From: Lepidodermella squamata
Lineage: Eukaryota; Animalia; Gastrotricha
NCBI GenBank assembly: GCA_047495785.1
Contig: JBLDXI010000009.1
Location: forward strand, 248,001 to 312,000
Length of the DNA: 64,000 nucleotides
Direction: 5' to 3'
The translations under genes were made by a program, and so were the position numbers. The notes under the pieces were generated by a model. It had not been told where the DNA came from and searched no databases. It was given only the letters and a program-made list of their open reading frames with translations. This document shows positions 1-12,350 of the stretch, one piece after another (the first letter of the stretch is position 1; the number at the start of each line of letters is the position of its first letter).

Positions 1-3000
1 CAACATTAATAAGGGGACAACATTCTGTACAGCCCTTAGCGCCAATTTTAATTTTTTTCATAAAAGTCTAATAGTTTCAGGGAAATTCAACTGAATGAAA
101 GCGTTGAGAAGCACAATAATAACGTGTCGACTTGGCAGACGAGCGCAACTCGCCACAAAGAGGCATTTCTTAATTTATGCCAAACGTGCTGACGACATTT
201 CGCACAGCGATGCCGCCTGCTGCTATATGAGCCTGCTGGTGTGCCGCTCTACACGTTAGGTTGAATGAATTACCTCGTGATGTATGCGAAATCATGGCTT
301 GCATATTTTCTGCTGGAAGGAATGAAATATTGCTGAGAGAATACCACAGAGCTGCGATTATTTTCTGCTTTTAACTATTTTGTAAAAGCAAATTTGAAGG
401 TCTCACGTGAAAATAGCCTGGTTTATAATAACACGTGGGTACAGGGTACATTAACGATGCGCTGTGGATTCGAATGTTCAATTTTTGTAAATGAATAAGA
501 GTACCTATCCTTTAATGCCTTAGTGCAGCCAATATTTATTCTTATTTCTTAGTCAGCAAAGAGCAGGTCAAACATGCAATCTGCACATTTCGCCAAGGCG
601 ACACTCGATAAACGATTAAACGAGCGCATTTTGAAAGCCCATCTCAATGCTATCAACTTGAACCGGCCGGAACCAGCTAGGTACTTTGAAGCTAGTATGA
701 CGATAGTGACCAATGTGACCAAGGATTAGAAGCTTATTTCGAATTCTGAAAGTCTCGAAGTCTCAAGCAATCCACCGTAAAAAGTGGATATTTGATTCTA
801 TTTCGTTAAGCTCCTCCTAAGGATAGCTGGATTAAGGTGTGAGAGCACCGCCGCCAAGCGAAATTTCAAAAAAAATCTGGAAAATTATTTGAAAAAAAAA
901 TCGGCGAAAATAGACCAGGCGCATATAAAATCATCACGTTAATTAGCCGAAGGCCGTGTCGATGCTAGCGAGCTACCATAATATCGAGCAAGCCATTGAA
1001 AACGAATTCGAATTTTCTTGATAGTTCTGGATAAAAGGTGATGCTATGCATTTTGAGGGAATAATTCAACAAATGTCCCTGCACTTACGGCTTACAGGTT
1101 TATCTGAACGTCCTTTATTCTTCCTACATTCTTCCTCCTACATACGCATGCGTTAAGTAGGTAAGATGGGTTGTTAAAAAACATACTTCGACTTTGAATT
1201 ATCTATATCCTTTTCTTAAACATCACATTTTGCGAATGCAAGAACGACTCTGTGATTGGTAAGCAGCTGAGAGATCGAACGAGGGAAAGAAGAAAGGACA
1301 TCGATGTCATGACTGCTGGGGAGATTACCGAACAGCATCGCATTTAGCATTATTGTAAAATCACAGCACAGAGAAATATTGGACAAGACGGCGTGGTAGC
1401 CCAGAGAGTTTAGACTTTCCTTTAGTGGGACATTTATCAGCGGTATACAACACTACTTGTGGCGCGAACGTAGCCGTGACAGCAGACGGGAGGACGTCGC
1501 GCACAGAAGCGCTAATGAGTGATTAAACCTAATAGGTAATATTAGTAAAACAAGGTGGCCTTGTTGTACGGCTGCTGTATCATATCATTGCCATATCAAC
1601 CTAGTCGCTGTCTTTGTCACTGCCGTTGGTCGGTCGGCACCGCCGTCGCAGGCGTATTAAAACAGTGTCGGTAGCAGAAAGCCGTCAAGTTTGCGCGCCA
1701 AGAGCCAGACAGCTGTCATGCATATAACGTATTATGGGATTCCGTCTCGTCGTGGTCTCATGCGACCCCAGTATTGCTCACAACAAGCGACCTCATTGCC
1801 TGTTTACATAAGCATGTTTCCACCTTGAGACGCTTTACGCCTTAAAGGTGAACACCCTTGGTTTACATCACCATCATCATATAGCGTGTTGATGAGCGAG
1901 AGCGAACAGGAGCGAACATTTCGTTACCATGTCATTTAGACTACGGAAGTGGGCTTCGTGGTGAAGGCAATAAAAATATACCGAAGAAGCTAATAAAAGA
2001 CTTATGGAAGCATGTGTTAATTCTATGTTTTTCCGCTGAAGAGAAGGACAAGAAAACCTTGTAGGTACGCAAGGTGGAAATCTGACATTTTTCTGTTTCT
2101 GTTTAAGTGAGGTTTTTCTCGAGCAATAGCAAAGCGTGGCAATATCCAAGTTCCGCAGTGGCACCGAATTTTCGTTAATTCTAACGCACATTCAATGCGA
2201 AAATGGGATAGGGAATCTCAACTTGAATTTTTCGAGTTCGCAAGTCGATTTTGTGTTATTTGACGAATAATATTCCTTCGAAAGCGAGGCCAGATCAAGC
2301 AGTGCAGTATGCTGACGAAATTTGTGCAAGTGAAGCCAATTTTGAAGTAAAAAAAGCAGAAATGTGACAGAAATGCGCTCTCTATAAAATATCCTTGAAT
2401 TGTCGAAATTTAGGGCCATTTAACAATTTATTTGTGTTGACATGACATGACAAAACATGATATCTGAGAAACTACAGCCAAGTGGACCAAGTCTTTTATG
2501 TACACGACGGAAAGCCGAAGACGTAGTAGAGATTTGCGATGGTCTCCTATTACGCCAAATTACCATTATAATACGACAATCACGGTGGCGCAGCAAATGC
2601 CGATCAGAGCAAAAAAAGGCCCCAACTAGTTTGGGTTAAGCTGATTTCTAAAAAGTTAGCCACTTCCTCGATATTCCCTCATTGCTAGGCATCCAGCTGG
2701 GCCCATTGAACCCAGGTGGTTTACTTTGGTTACTTCAAGCCTGTCGGGCGACATCTAATGATGACCATTAAGCTATACTATAGAAAACAATAACAAGCAT
2801 AACAATCATACAGCGTGTCGTGCAAATAGTCCTATGTCCAAAAAATTTGAACTCTGAAGATTTCATGCTAACCGTAATCTAGTTTCCACGCATAATCGAA
2901 ACCCGCCCAGTCAAACAACGCCAGGGGTCAAAAGTCCTATGTCTACTTTCGCGGTTTTGTTTTCCAGGCCATCATCATCATCACCAAGCGGATGAAAAGT

Positions 3001-6000
3001 CCAGCACGATTTATTCAGTGCGATATGCGAAGCCAAGTTTAAAATAAAAGCTCTATTGCTGACACTAAAAAAATCGAACCAATAATGCCTAAGAAAAGCG
3101 TAAAAAAAGTGCAAAAAAGTATAATTTTGAAAAAATCCCAAATCCCACTTACAGCAGTAACAGTCACAAAAGCAAAATCGGGCCTATGCTATGAACGTTA
3201 TGAACACCACAACAGAGAGAAAGAAAGAACAGTAACAAGAAAAATTGGGCTTATCACCTATGGTCCATCGCCTATGATCGCCCATGATCCCTCCCCGAGC
3301 AGAGAGCGTAAAAGAAGTCAAAGAAGAGTGAACGTTTGCCGAGACCACCAGCAAACAGTCGGTGTTATGATGATAAATTTACGTTGCCGTCTATGCGATA
3401 GATGCGAAATATCCCGTGATATACACGACTTGAGCCATGCGAAAAACATCATCACTCCGCTGCTGTTGAGTTCGTGCGCCTTCTTTGCCGCGCTCGCTTT
3501 GTTCTTTCTTTCGGCTTAGCTCCGCCGCCGTGTTTTGTGTCTCATAAATGCCCCGCTTTGTACATTGTACATCTACAATCACCGTGTGTTGTATATTTTG
3601 GCGTGCCGGCGGTTCCCGTGCTCGCTTCGGACACACATTATGATTCTCAGGCACACTAGATATAATACTGATAATAATATATTAAAAGTAAGAATCATCG
3701 TACGATACGCTGTGACATGGAAGCTATATTATATTGAGAAACATTCTGCCGGCCGAGCGCCGTTTGTGCAGCGCTAAAACCATGCGCCTGCGGCCTGCTT
3801 GCCAATACCTACCTACCTACCCAGCATATTATACATGTGTGGCACGACGACGACGGCTCAGATGCGCCGTGTTTGAGTGTACCATCTTATTATTATTATT
3901 ACTATTATTATAAAGGGCGGTGAGAACAGCTCAGCAGACTATCACCACGACTATTCAACACCGATTGTGTATTCAGTGACTTACCCTAAGGCTGGAGCGC
4001 AAATGGCCTTCGATCTGCAGTAAATACCTTACCCTCATCCTCATTGTCGTCGTCATATATGCTGCTCTGTAGGCCAGTTTGCGCTACGCTTTACCTTCGA
4101 CTTATCATTTTATTGTCATACTACTATATATATCATATAGTCTGCGACCAACGACATCGTTTTACGCTGCAGTAACGATATAATTACTATATTATTAATA
4201 CTTTCCATTTATTACTATTATTATTACCCTGTGCGTATTTGTAGGCGATGCTGGAAGTAGATTTTGCCAAATAATAATGTCAAGGATGACACAGAAAACG
4301 GCGAGCAAAGAGTTCTGATGCTGCTGCTGCTGCTGGAGAGAGGATCCTCAACATCATCATCATCATCGCGCGCCAGTTCGTAATTCTACATTACAGGTTG
4401 CTAAAAAAGCGACGGCACATCATCTTTCCTTGAATAAAAATCCATTCAAGCATTGTATGTACAATATAAGGGAATATTGCGCACATGAAATTATCAGTAT
4501 TATTATTAAATGCCTTACGTAGATGTACCTCATCGAGAGAAACGACCAAGTGTTTGACTGAGAACAAGGTTATGAAGAGGAAATGGCGCACACCAGCCGA
4601 CCGAAAGTCCGCGACCGAAACGCGTTAATTATCGCGCCACGCTTCGTTGACATTCTTTTTTCTCGTGTCCATGCATAATATTTCTATAATATTACCTGTT
4701 TTCTTCCATTCTCCTTCTACCATCGCTTCTTTCATATTAATTTCTTTTATTCTTTCCTCTATTCTTCCACAAAATAATATACTCTATATTATAATCTTCC
4801 AGGTTTCATACCTATATTCCGAATTAATAATAATGTGAGTGCGATTGAAATAACAAAGGAAGGGAAGAAATGATTATAATAATATGACTTGCAGCATCAG
4901 CATCAAATTTTTGACTGCTCTTTCACTGTTGGACAATAAAATAGGACGTTCATGATCTAGCAGAATCGAAGGCGAAGCTGCGAAATATTGGCAAAATCAT
5001 GAGTATGCTGCTGGTTATGCCGGATGCCGGTTCTTCATTGTTGTTCAATGGTGGCAGATATGACACTGAAAATCGGTGGTTTCTTCTCATCATGAATTTT
5101 ATTCCGCATTTTTCGGCATTATATGACACAAATAGGTAACATTTTTGCAATTTCGATGGTCATTACGAATAGCAGGTCCTTATAGGCAAACCTTTCCTTC
5201 GAGTGTCATACTTTTTATATCAATTATTAATGTGAATAAGGGCGCAGTTCAATTGCTTTCTCTCGAAAATATATATATTTATATGTGTGTACATTCGTTT
5301 TTTATGCCGTAGTTTTACCAGCACGATGAGGGCGTCGGACTGTTCTTTCACAAGCGATTATATAATTACATACAGCTCATCAGCTGGCAATTACTACTTG
5401 CGGTGCTCCTGATTCGCAGTAATTAATGATTAGGTTCAAAGATAAATAAGGAGACAATGCAGAGACTATCTCTGTTAATATATTTACAGCAAAAGAAATT
5501 TACATTATTTAATAATATAGTTAAGAACTAAGATAAATTTCATCGACAAGAAGGAAACACCGAAAAGCCAGCACTAACGCAAGTCGCCATTGATGAAGAT
5601 GCGATGGCGAGACTAACAAAACTTGAGGCCAAACATCACCATATAGATATATCTTCGGCATGCAAACCCAGCGTAGTTTCACACGTGGATTCAACGACTA
5701 CACAACGGAGAAATCCAGGAAATCTTCCAAGTAAGAAAAGACATAGGAACTGTACATCCCATACGCGCTTCTTTAGTTAGCCAGAACAAAAAAAGACAAA
5801 TTAAAGATAATATAGTATAAGGCCAAAAAGCCACAAAGAGATTTCGACAGTCCACCGGAAACACACGCACACATCAAGTGATTATTATTCACGAGATAAT
5901 TTGTCAAAAGTAATCACGCCCGTATCTCAGATCAATTGGAAGGCTGCCGCATGAGGCAAGCAGCTCTCATAATGGAAATGTCATACATAACTCGTGTGTG

Positions 6001-9000
6001 TCAATGGTAGCCTGCAGACGATGATTGCGCCTTATTGGCATTCGCGGCACCACGCAGCAAGTCCGCGACTGAAAACTGGTGAGCGGTTTCTACAACACGG
6101 TGGCTTTGCTCCTGTAACCGATTGCCGCCAGATGTCGTCGCGGCCACGGCGGCAGCGACACCGGCGGTCCGATTGCTACCAGAGGCCGATTGCTGATGAA
6201 GTGGGGGGTAAGACATATAGTTATTATTGGAAGCGTTCGTCTTGAAAGGACGCTCTAGATCTTCAGCAGTCCACATTTTTCCGGATGGAGCGGCGACTAA
6301 AATTTACGAAAAGAAGGCATAGACAACCCTAATTGACTGTGAAGCTTCAACTTGCCTTGTGTCGGCGGGTTACCATTGCCATTAGCGCTGGCGTTGGCAG
6401 TTACACTCGAATAGGAAATCGTTGACTGATGTTGGTCGGCTGACTGAGGTTTGCCAGGGCCAGAGCGACCAGCATTCAATGTTGCCCTGTTGCCTGCTGG
6501 AGCAGGCGCCTTGCCAGACGAGACCGTTGTTTCGGGTGGTGAATTTATAGCATTAGGATTTTTCATCATGACCTGCGTAATGATTATTCAAAACAGTGTA
6601 AAATACACAAAACCGTGTGCCGCAAAAACCTGAGTAGGGATGAATGACGCGTTCAATTTCGAGGAAGCTGAAGTCATCGGCTGAGCTGGGGGAGATGGTA
6701 TACGCGACCGCGGTGGGCTGTCAACATGATGTTGGCGGGGCTGCTGCTGTTGTTGTTGCTGCTGCTGCTGAACCGATTGCTGCGGGTGAATTTGCTGATT
6801 GTTGGTGGTATTGGTGGCTGGGACCTGTGATAAAAACAGCTTATTGTGCAAACCGTTACGGCGAGGCCGATAAATTTTACCATTCCTTGGTTGATTCCAT
6901 GAGCAGGCATATTGCTGCCAGGGTAAGGAACTCCAGGGATAAAACCGGGCTGACCTGGTGCTTGGTTGGCGGCGAATGATAGTGGGTTCATGCCCATTCG
7001 GCTGGCCATCAGAGCAGTTGCAGCTGCCGCAGCAGCAGCAGCAACGTTCGCGTTGCTGAAGGCCGGCGGTACGCTGCTGGAAGGACCGCCGGCGCTCGAC
7101 CCTCCACTTACTGGACCGGGAGAGGCCGATTTCGCGCCACCTTGTTGCTGTTGTTGTTGCTGCTGTTGAAAGTGCGACAACGCAGCAGCCATCAAACTGG
7201 CAGCCGCTTGAGGATTCAGTGGCGGCATATTGGGAAAGGCTCCCGGTGGAGGCATCGGGAATGGAGGCCGCATCGGCGCAGAGGAGCCATTATTAGAGCC
7301 ACTTGATCCGGCAGAGTTGGCTTGAGGAAGTCTAGCCGCAGCAGCCGCCTGTGTCATTTTAGGATATTTAAAATAAAAACTAAGGACATTACGGCACAAA
7401 CTAACCTGCTGTAAAAGCTGGGGATAGTATAGAAGCGGTGAAGAAGCAGCGGCAGCAGCTGCCGCAGCAAGCGCTGGTGGGAAACCTGGCGGGAGTGGTG
7501 GTAGGCCGGCTGGAAGCTGCGGCTGGCCACTGTTAGAGCTACCGTTAGATGGACCCGATCCAGGCTGCTGCTGTTGCTGCTGATGGTGTTGAAGAAGGCT
7601 GGCAAATAACAATTTTTGTTGCTGAAGAGCCGCTGCGGCGGAAGCCGAATTGCCACCGTTGGCTGCAGCAAATGCACTCATCATGGCTTGCTGCGCAGCC
7701 GCCAGCTGCATTTGTAGGGCAGCGGCGCTAAGGCCACTTCCGTGAGCCTGCTGAGGCTGATTAGCCGACGACGATGACGATTGAGACTGTGCTGGTTCTT
7801 CATGCTTGTGATGCGTTGGTGCAGCCTGATGGCTACTCGGCGCATTATCGTAGAATGATCTTTGCTGGACAGGAGCGTTTTGGCGCTGGCCGTGATGTGA
7901 GTGTTCTGACTCCGAAGGCTTTTCTTGATGTTTACCAGCCGCTTGTCGTTTCATCAACAAACGGCGCTCCAGATCTTCAACGCTCATTGTCTGGCTGGAC
8001 TGCGGTGAGTTACGACCTGGTTGGACTGAAGGTGCATGAGGAACGTGTTGAGCAGGCAGAGCAGCGCTAGCGCCATTGGATGCCGAAAACTTAGCAAAGA
8101 GTTCATTGGGATTTAGCCCGCGGGGAACCGGGGATCCTGCACCACTGATTTCAGCTGCGTTCATCGATCGCAAAACTGACGGGTCGTTCATAACTGCCGA
8201 TGGGCGATTTTGATGAGGATGAGCTGTGCCGCGTTCAGCTGAATGAGCGTTTTCCAACCAATCTAACAAGGCAATGAGTCATGAATATAAAAACATGAGG
8301 AGCTAGCCGATTACCTTTCAGATTGAGACCTGTTCCTTGATTTCCATGCTGGTTTGAAGCCAAGTTCCTATCTGAAGATTTTGCCATATCATCGTGAAAT
8401 TCAGCCGACGCGTTGTCTGGCATTGCATCTTTCCATACGCTCCAGAGCTTACTGCCAGCAAGTTCAACGGCTATAAGGAATGGTTTGAATTAAATCAGAA
8501 AAAAGGGAAGACTGTCATATACTTACAAGCTTCCGTTGCATTATTTGAGCCACGAGCATTGGATTCGCCCATAGCAGACGCCAAATCGTTCTACCGGAAA
8601 ATTTAACATGTCTGAGCGCGAAATTACCAAATGATTACCTGCAGGGTTGACCATAATAAATATGTGAAATCTGCTTGCTGGCTAGCCGGACGCTCTTTCT
8701 CTTGGGAGCTTGCCTCCCACCCGCCAGATTTGGACGCGGCGTCCGCAGTTTGGTTACCAGGAGTGCCTATTTTCAAATTTTCGGCATCAGGTTCTGAATG
8801 ATCAGTATGTATTCGATCATACGCGCTCGAAATAAATTAGAAGTACTATAAAATACCTTGGTATCTCTTTTCATGCACGTTTTGTCTGTCATCTTCGTAG
8901 TTTTCATCGCCCAAGCTTTCTGCCGGTGATGAAGAGCGGCTGCTGGAGGGCAATTCACCACCCAACTCCATCATCATAAATGGATCTGATGGACCTTCCG

Positions 9001-9995
9001 TAAACCATTCAGGAACAGCATCTCCTGTAGACTGGGTATGTCTCCGGTTTCCGTAGCCTCCGCCTCGATTTCCGAAGCCTCCTCCATATCCTTGACGCAT
9101 GCCCTGTTGATTGAAGAGTGGAGGGGGGAATCTGTTGTTGCTATGCGAATGGCCCTCCAATTCATCCGGGCCACGGTTGCCCATCAGCCCTCTACCTCTG
9201 CCAAAAGATGGCCGATTTTGCCGAAAATCCTGCAATTCTCTTGGGGGCCTGATCATGTCAAAATGGAAAATGAAATTGAGCGCAACAAGTTGCAACTTGT
9301 ATTTACTTGTAAGTGCTAGCGTAGCCTTGACCGAAATCAGCCCTGGGAGCTCCACGCATGGCACCTTGATTTTGAGGTAGACTAGTGCCCATTGGTCGGC
9401 TGCCAGGTGTGAAAAAACCTGGCTGCCTGTTGCCTGGAGCGACAGGAATGTTGTTGCTGGCGTTACCAGTGGTGGTCTGGATTTTCGCCGGAGGATTTAA
9501 ACCCGCCGGGATTTGAGAGCTCCCAGAGGATTCTGTTTTCGGTTGATTGCTAACACCGCAACCTCGAGTCCAAGACTGGCGCTGTTGGGGTTGCAATGAC
9601 GCATCGTCTTTCGATAACACATGATTGTCTTTGATGTCTATGATTGAAATTAACTTAGCTTCAAATGGCAATAAAGCAAGAATGGTCATTACTTCTTTCT
9701 GGTTTAATTGAGCCTAGCTGATCTGGATCAAATTGCTGTTTCCTGCACAGAACAAAATTTTTCGTTCGTTAATCAGTATCTTAGAAGAACATACGCGTTG
9801 TATAATTCAGCTTGTTGAAATCTGCCGATTATTTCGGGAGGAATACCTCTAGCAGCCTCTGAGTCTTTCAAAGTCCGCATAAACGGCTGAAATTAACATG
9901 AATTAAATTAAATCAGTTGATACCATGATACGACTTACACTCGAGTAACGAGTGACAGAAACTGGCTGGCCCTGGAACTTAGCCGATGAAGACAT
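6001..9995 (-). CDS. EIF4ENIF1: eIF4E-transporter (4E-T/Cup/IFET-1 family) translational repressor, multi-exon
   Basis: Exon 1 (9939-9995) MSSSAKFQGQPVSVTRYSS splices over a 52-nt GT-AG intron to PFMRTLKDSE, giving an N-terminal Y-x4-hydrophobic-like motif. VPEWFTEGPSDPFMMMELGG matches the Cup-homology domain (4E-T EPEWFSAGPTSQSETIELTGF). The rest is a long Q/P/A-rich disordered body with SVEDLERR and MWTAEDLER motifs resembling the 4E-T C-terminal SVDELE. Internal exon borders are approximate. Confidence 0.8.
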
Positions 9996-10193
9996 TTGCG
10001 AATTAAATTACTGACATGAACAATTCTAGAGGAAAATGACAATCGCAACAATTTCATGGAGAGCTATGCATCACTGCAATTTTGACCAGCTCACTTCTCG
10101 CTCAATTCTCTCCAGCCGTTTATGAGGCTTATGAAGTGAGGCGAACCCAACGTCACACATGGTACATTAGTCAAAATAATGACAGCTTCAACT

Positions 10194-10540
10194 TTAACAT
10201 TAACATTAACATTAACATGGTTTATTGGTGAGGTCTATTTCTTTAAATGAATTATCAGTATTTCAAAGAGACAAAATATGTGAGCATGTTCTTGGACTAG
10301 TTTTAAGACAACAGCATAGGACGCTAAGAGCTAGGAGCTGCTGAAAAGCTGAATAGCTGTAAAGACTTAAATCTACGACGTTCTAGTGGTTCAAGTCCGA
10401 GAAAAGAGCATTTCTGGTTGAGTTCACATCTTGCAAATAAACAACGAGTAAAATAAGATTTGACTTTTCAAGGAGATTGGCATCTTTTAATTCCCTCGGG
10501 TGCCAAACAGAGGAAGCAAATTCTAGAATTACTCTGAAGT
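10194..10540 (-). mobile_element. 5'-truncated, frameshifted non-LTR retrotransposon (CR1/L2/Jockey-like) 3' end
   Basis: The minus strand reads RVILEFASSVWHPRELKDANLLEK, then after a frameshift VKSYFTRCLFARC...LGLEPLERRR, typical of a LINE ORF2 C-terminus. It is followed by AATAAA (10221-10226) and a (TGTTAA)4 tail (10194-10217). Confidence 0.7.
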
Positions 10541-12350
10541 ACTCCACTTTTCTTTGAAAGGGAACTATTCTAATGTGCCAATCTATCGCTGACCTCTTTG
10601 GGAGCAGGGGAATACACATGTTCTTATTTCCCTCATTCCAATTATTTTTATAGTGAAGCATTGTTATGGCGATGATTTGCGGCGACGGGGAAGCTGCTAA
10701 CCATCAATGAACTGAATTTTGTTGAAATTCATAATGTTTCATTCGGTTGACTAAAGTACGCGCTGCGATCCTGGCAAACCTGAATTGTATTAGACGCACA
10801 CTAATGAAGTCTGTCATACTTTTTAATGTGATTTTAAGCAAGAAGCAAACACTAGAATAAATGATAAAAACCGGGATGATGAGTATGTTGCAAGATTGGT
10901 AAGTTCACATCCACAACGTCTTTCTGTGAATATTTTCTATTAACATTTGTGCGCGGGGTTGAAAGGTTCGCCCATGCACAATGCACAACCAATAGGTTCT
11001 TCAAATGAAACATAACTTTGGCTTAAAAAATGTGCTTATACTGAATCCATTATTCCGGATCGACGAAGCATAGATGTGTTGATGATTATGATTATGATGA
11101 AGATTGTAGCATTTGCACCCTCCGTGAGAAATTGGCCATAATTAGAAGTTCATTCAATGGAAGGGAATTCGCGCGATTTCTGTTAGAGTTAAGTATCAGT
11201 AACCAATCAAAACTTATCATTAATTCGACAAGTGGACAAGTGGCAACTTTTCATGTAACCTTCCAAAGGTTACATTGAATGGATATATAAACCCATTCGC
11301 CAGTTTCCCGACGATAAGCTTGGGCTTCTCAAGGTTTAGAACCTGAGTCGCGGCGGTGGCGATGTTTCACGAGAGTGGTCAAGTTAACAGTTACTAAGTG
11401 AAAAGTGAATAAATATCAAACGAAAAGAGGAATCGATTCAGCTTTTTGCAATTACCTTTTGCAATTGAGATCGATTTCTCGATGTCTTCGACGGAAAAGT
11501 GTCACTCATCTCACATCGCTCTGCTCACGTTTCCCGAGGCGTAATTTCTCATAGGTAATTCCTGCAATTCCACTTTTTCGTCAGCCTAATAGGGTCTAGA
11601 CACTTCTACAGAAAGGAGATGCAGAAGAGTTTTTAAAGGGACTGAGCTTGAATTTCCCCCTTCTTCCTTCAGTTCATTGCTGCTTCAGACAAAGTGATTT
11701 TGGAGATGGATATCGACGCTGCGTTACAAAACTTCGTTGTTTTAAATTTTCGAGATGATTTGTTTTCGAACCTTATAAAATCCTGCTACTTCAACATCCG
11801 CTCTAAGAATATTTATTTTTCTGATTTCCACACGGGAAACAATGATTACAAATTAAAAAAAAATCGGGAAATATTTTTAGTGCGGTGGCTTGACAGTCAG
11901 TTGATCAAACGCGACTTGAAAGAGCCTCGACACCTCGGCGGTCCGACCAGTTCACTGCTGTTAAGCTGATGATGAGTAGCTCGGCGCCTCGACGCTCGAA
12001 TTGTAGCATTAAAAAAACTTGACTGCTGGCTAAAGCCTATATGCGAAGCCATTTGCCAGCCGCGAGAGTTTAAAACTGAGTCGCGAATCGCTTGTGTAAG
12101 CTGGAAAGTTGCAGCTAGAAGCTTTCTTTTATTTTGTGGTTCCTTATTCCTTTATTCGCTTACCTAATTCCCTAGTTTCCTTCATGATTCGAGACCCGCA
12201 TTTTGCTACCATTTTAAGCTTCGTAATACATGTGCGAAATATAATTGTTTTCGTTGCTTACGACTTCTAGTTTTTATGCGAATAATATGACGTTTGATCT
12301 TTCAAGAAGATAAAATTGGGAATTACATGATCGACGATCATTGCTAAGCA

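Noticed and set aside
5481-5488. Pumilio element TGTAAATA (- strand) in the putative 4E-T 3'UTR, suggesting Nanos/Pumilio regulation
   Set aside because: A single 8-mer in AT-rich DNA is expected by chance, and the UTR extent is unknown.
1-5900. Short ORFs (e.g. 3085-3519, 1877-2191) and a possible small exon at about 81-192
   Set aside because: No recognisable motifs or coherent exon chains; AT-rich with simple repeats, consistent with intergenic or UTR DNA.
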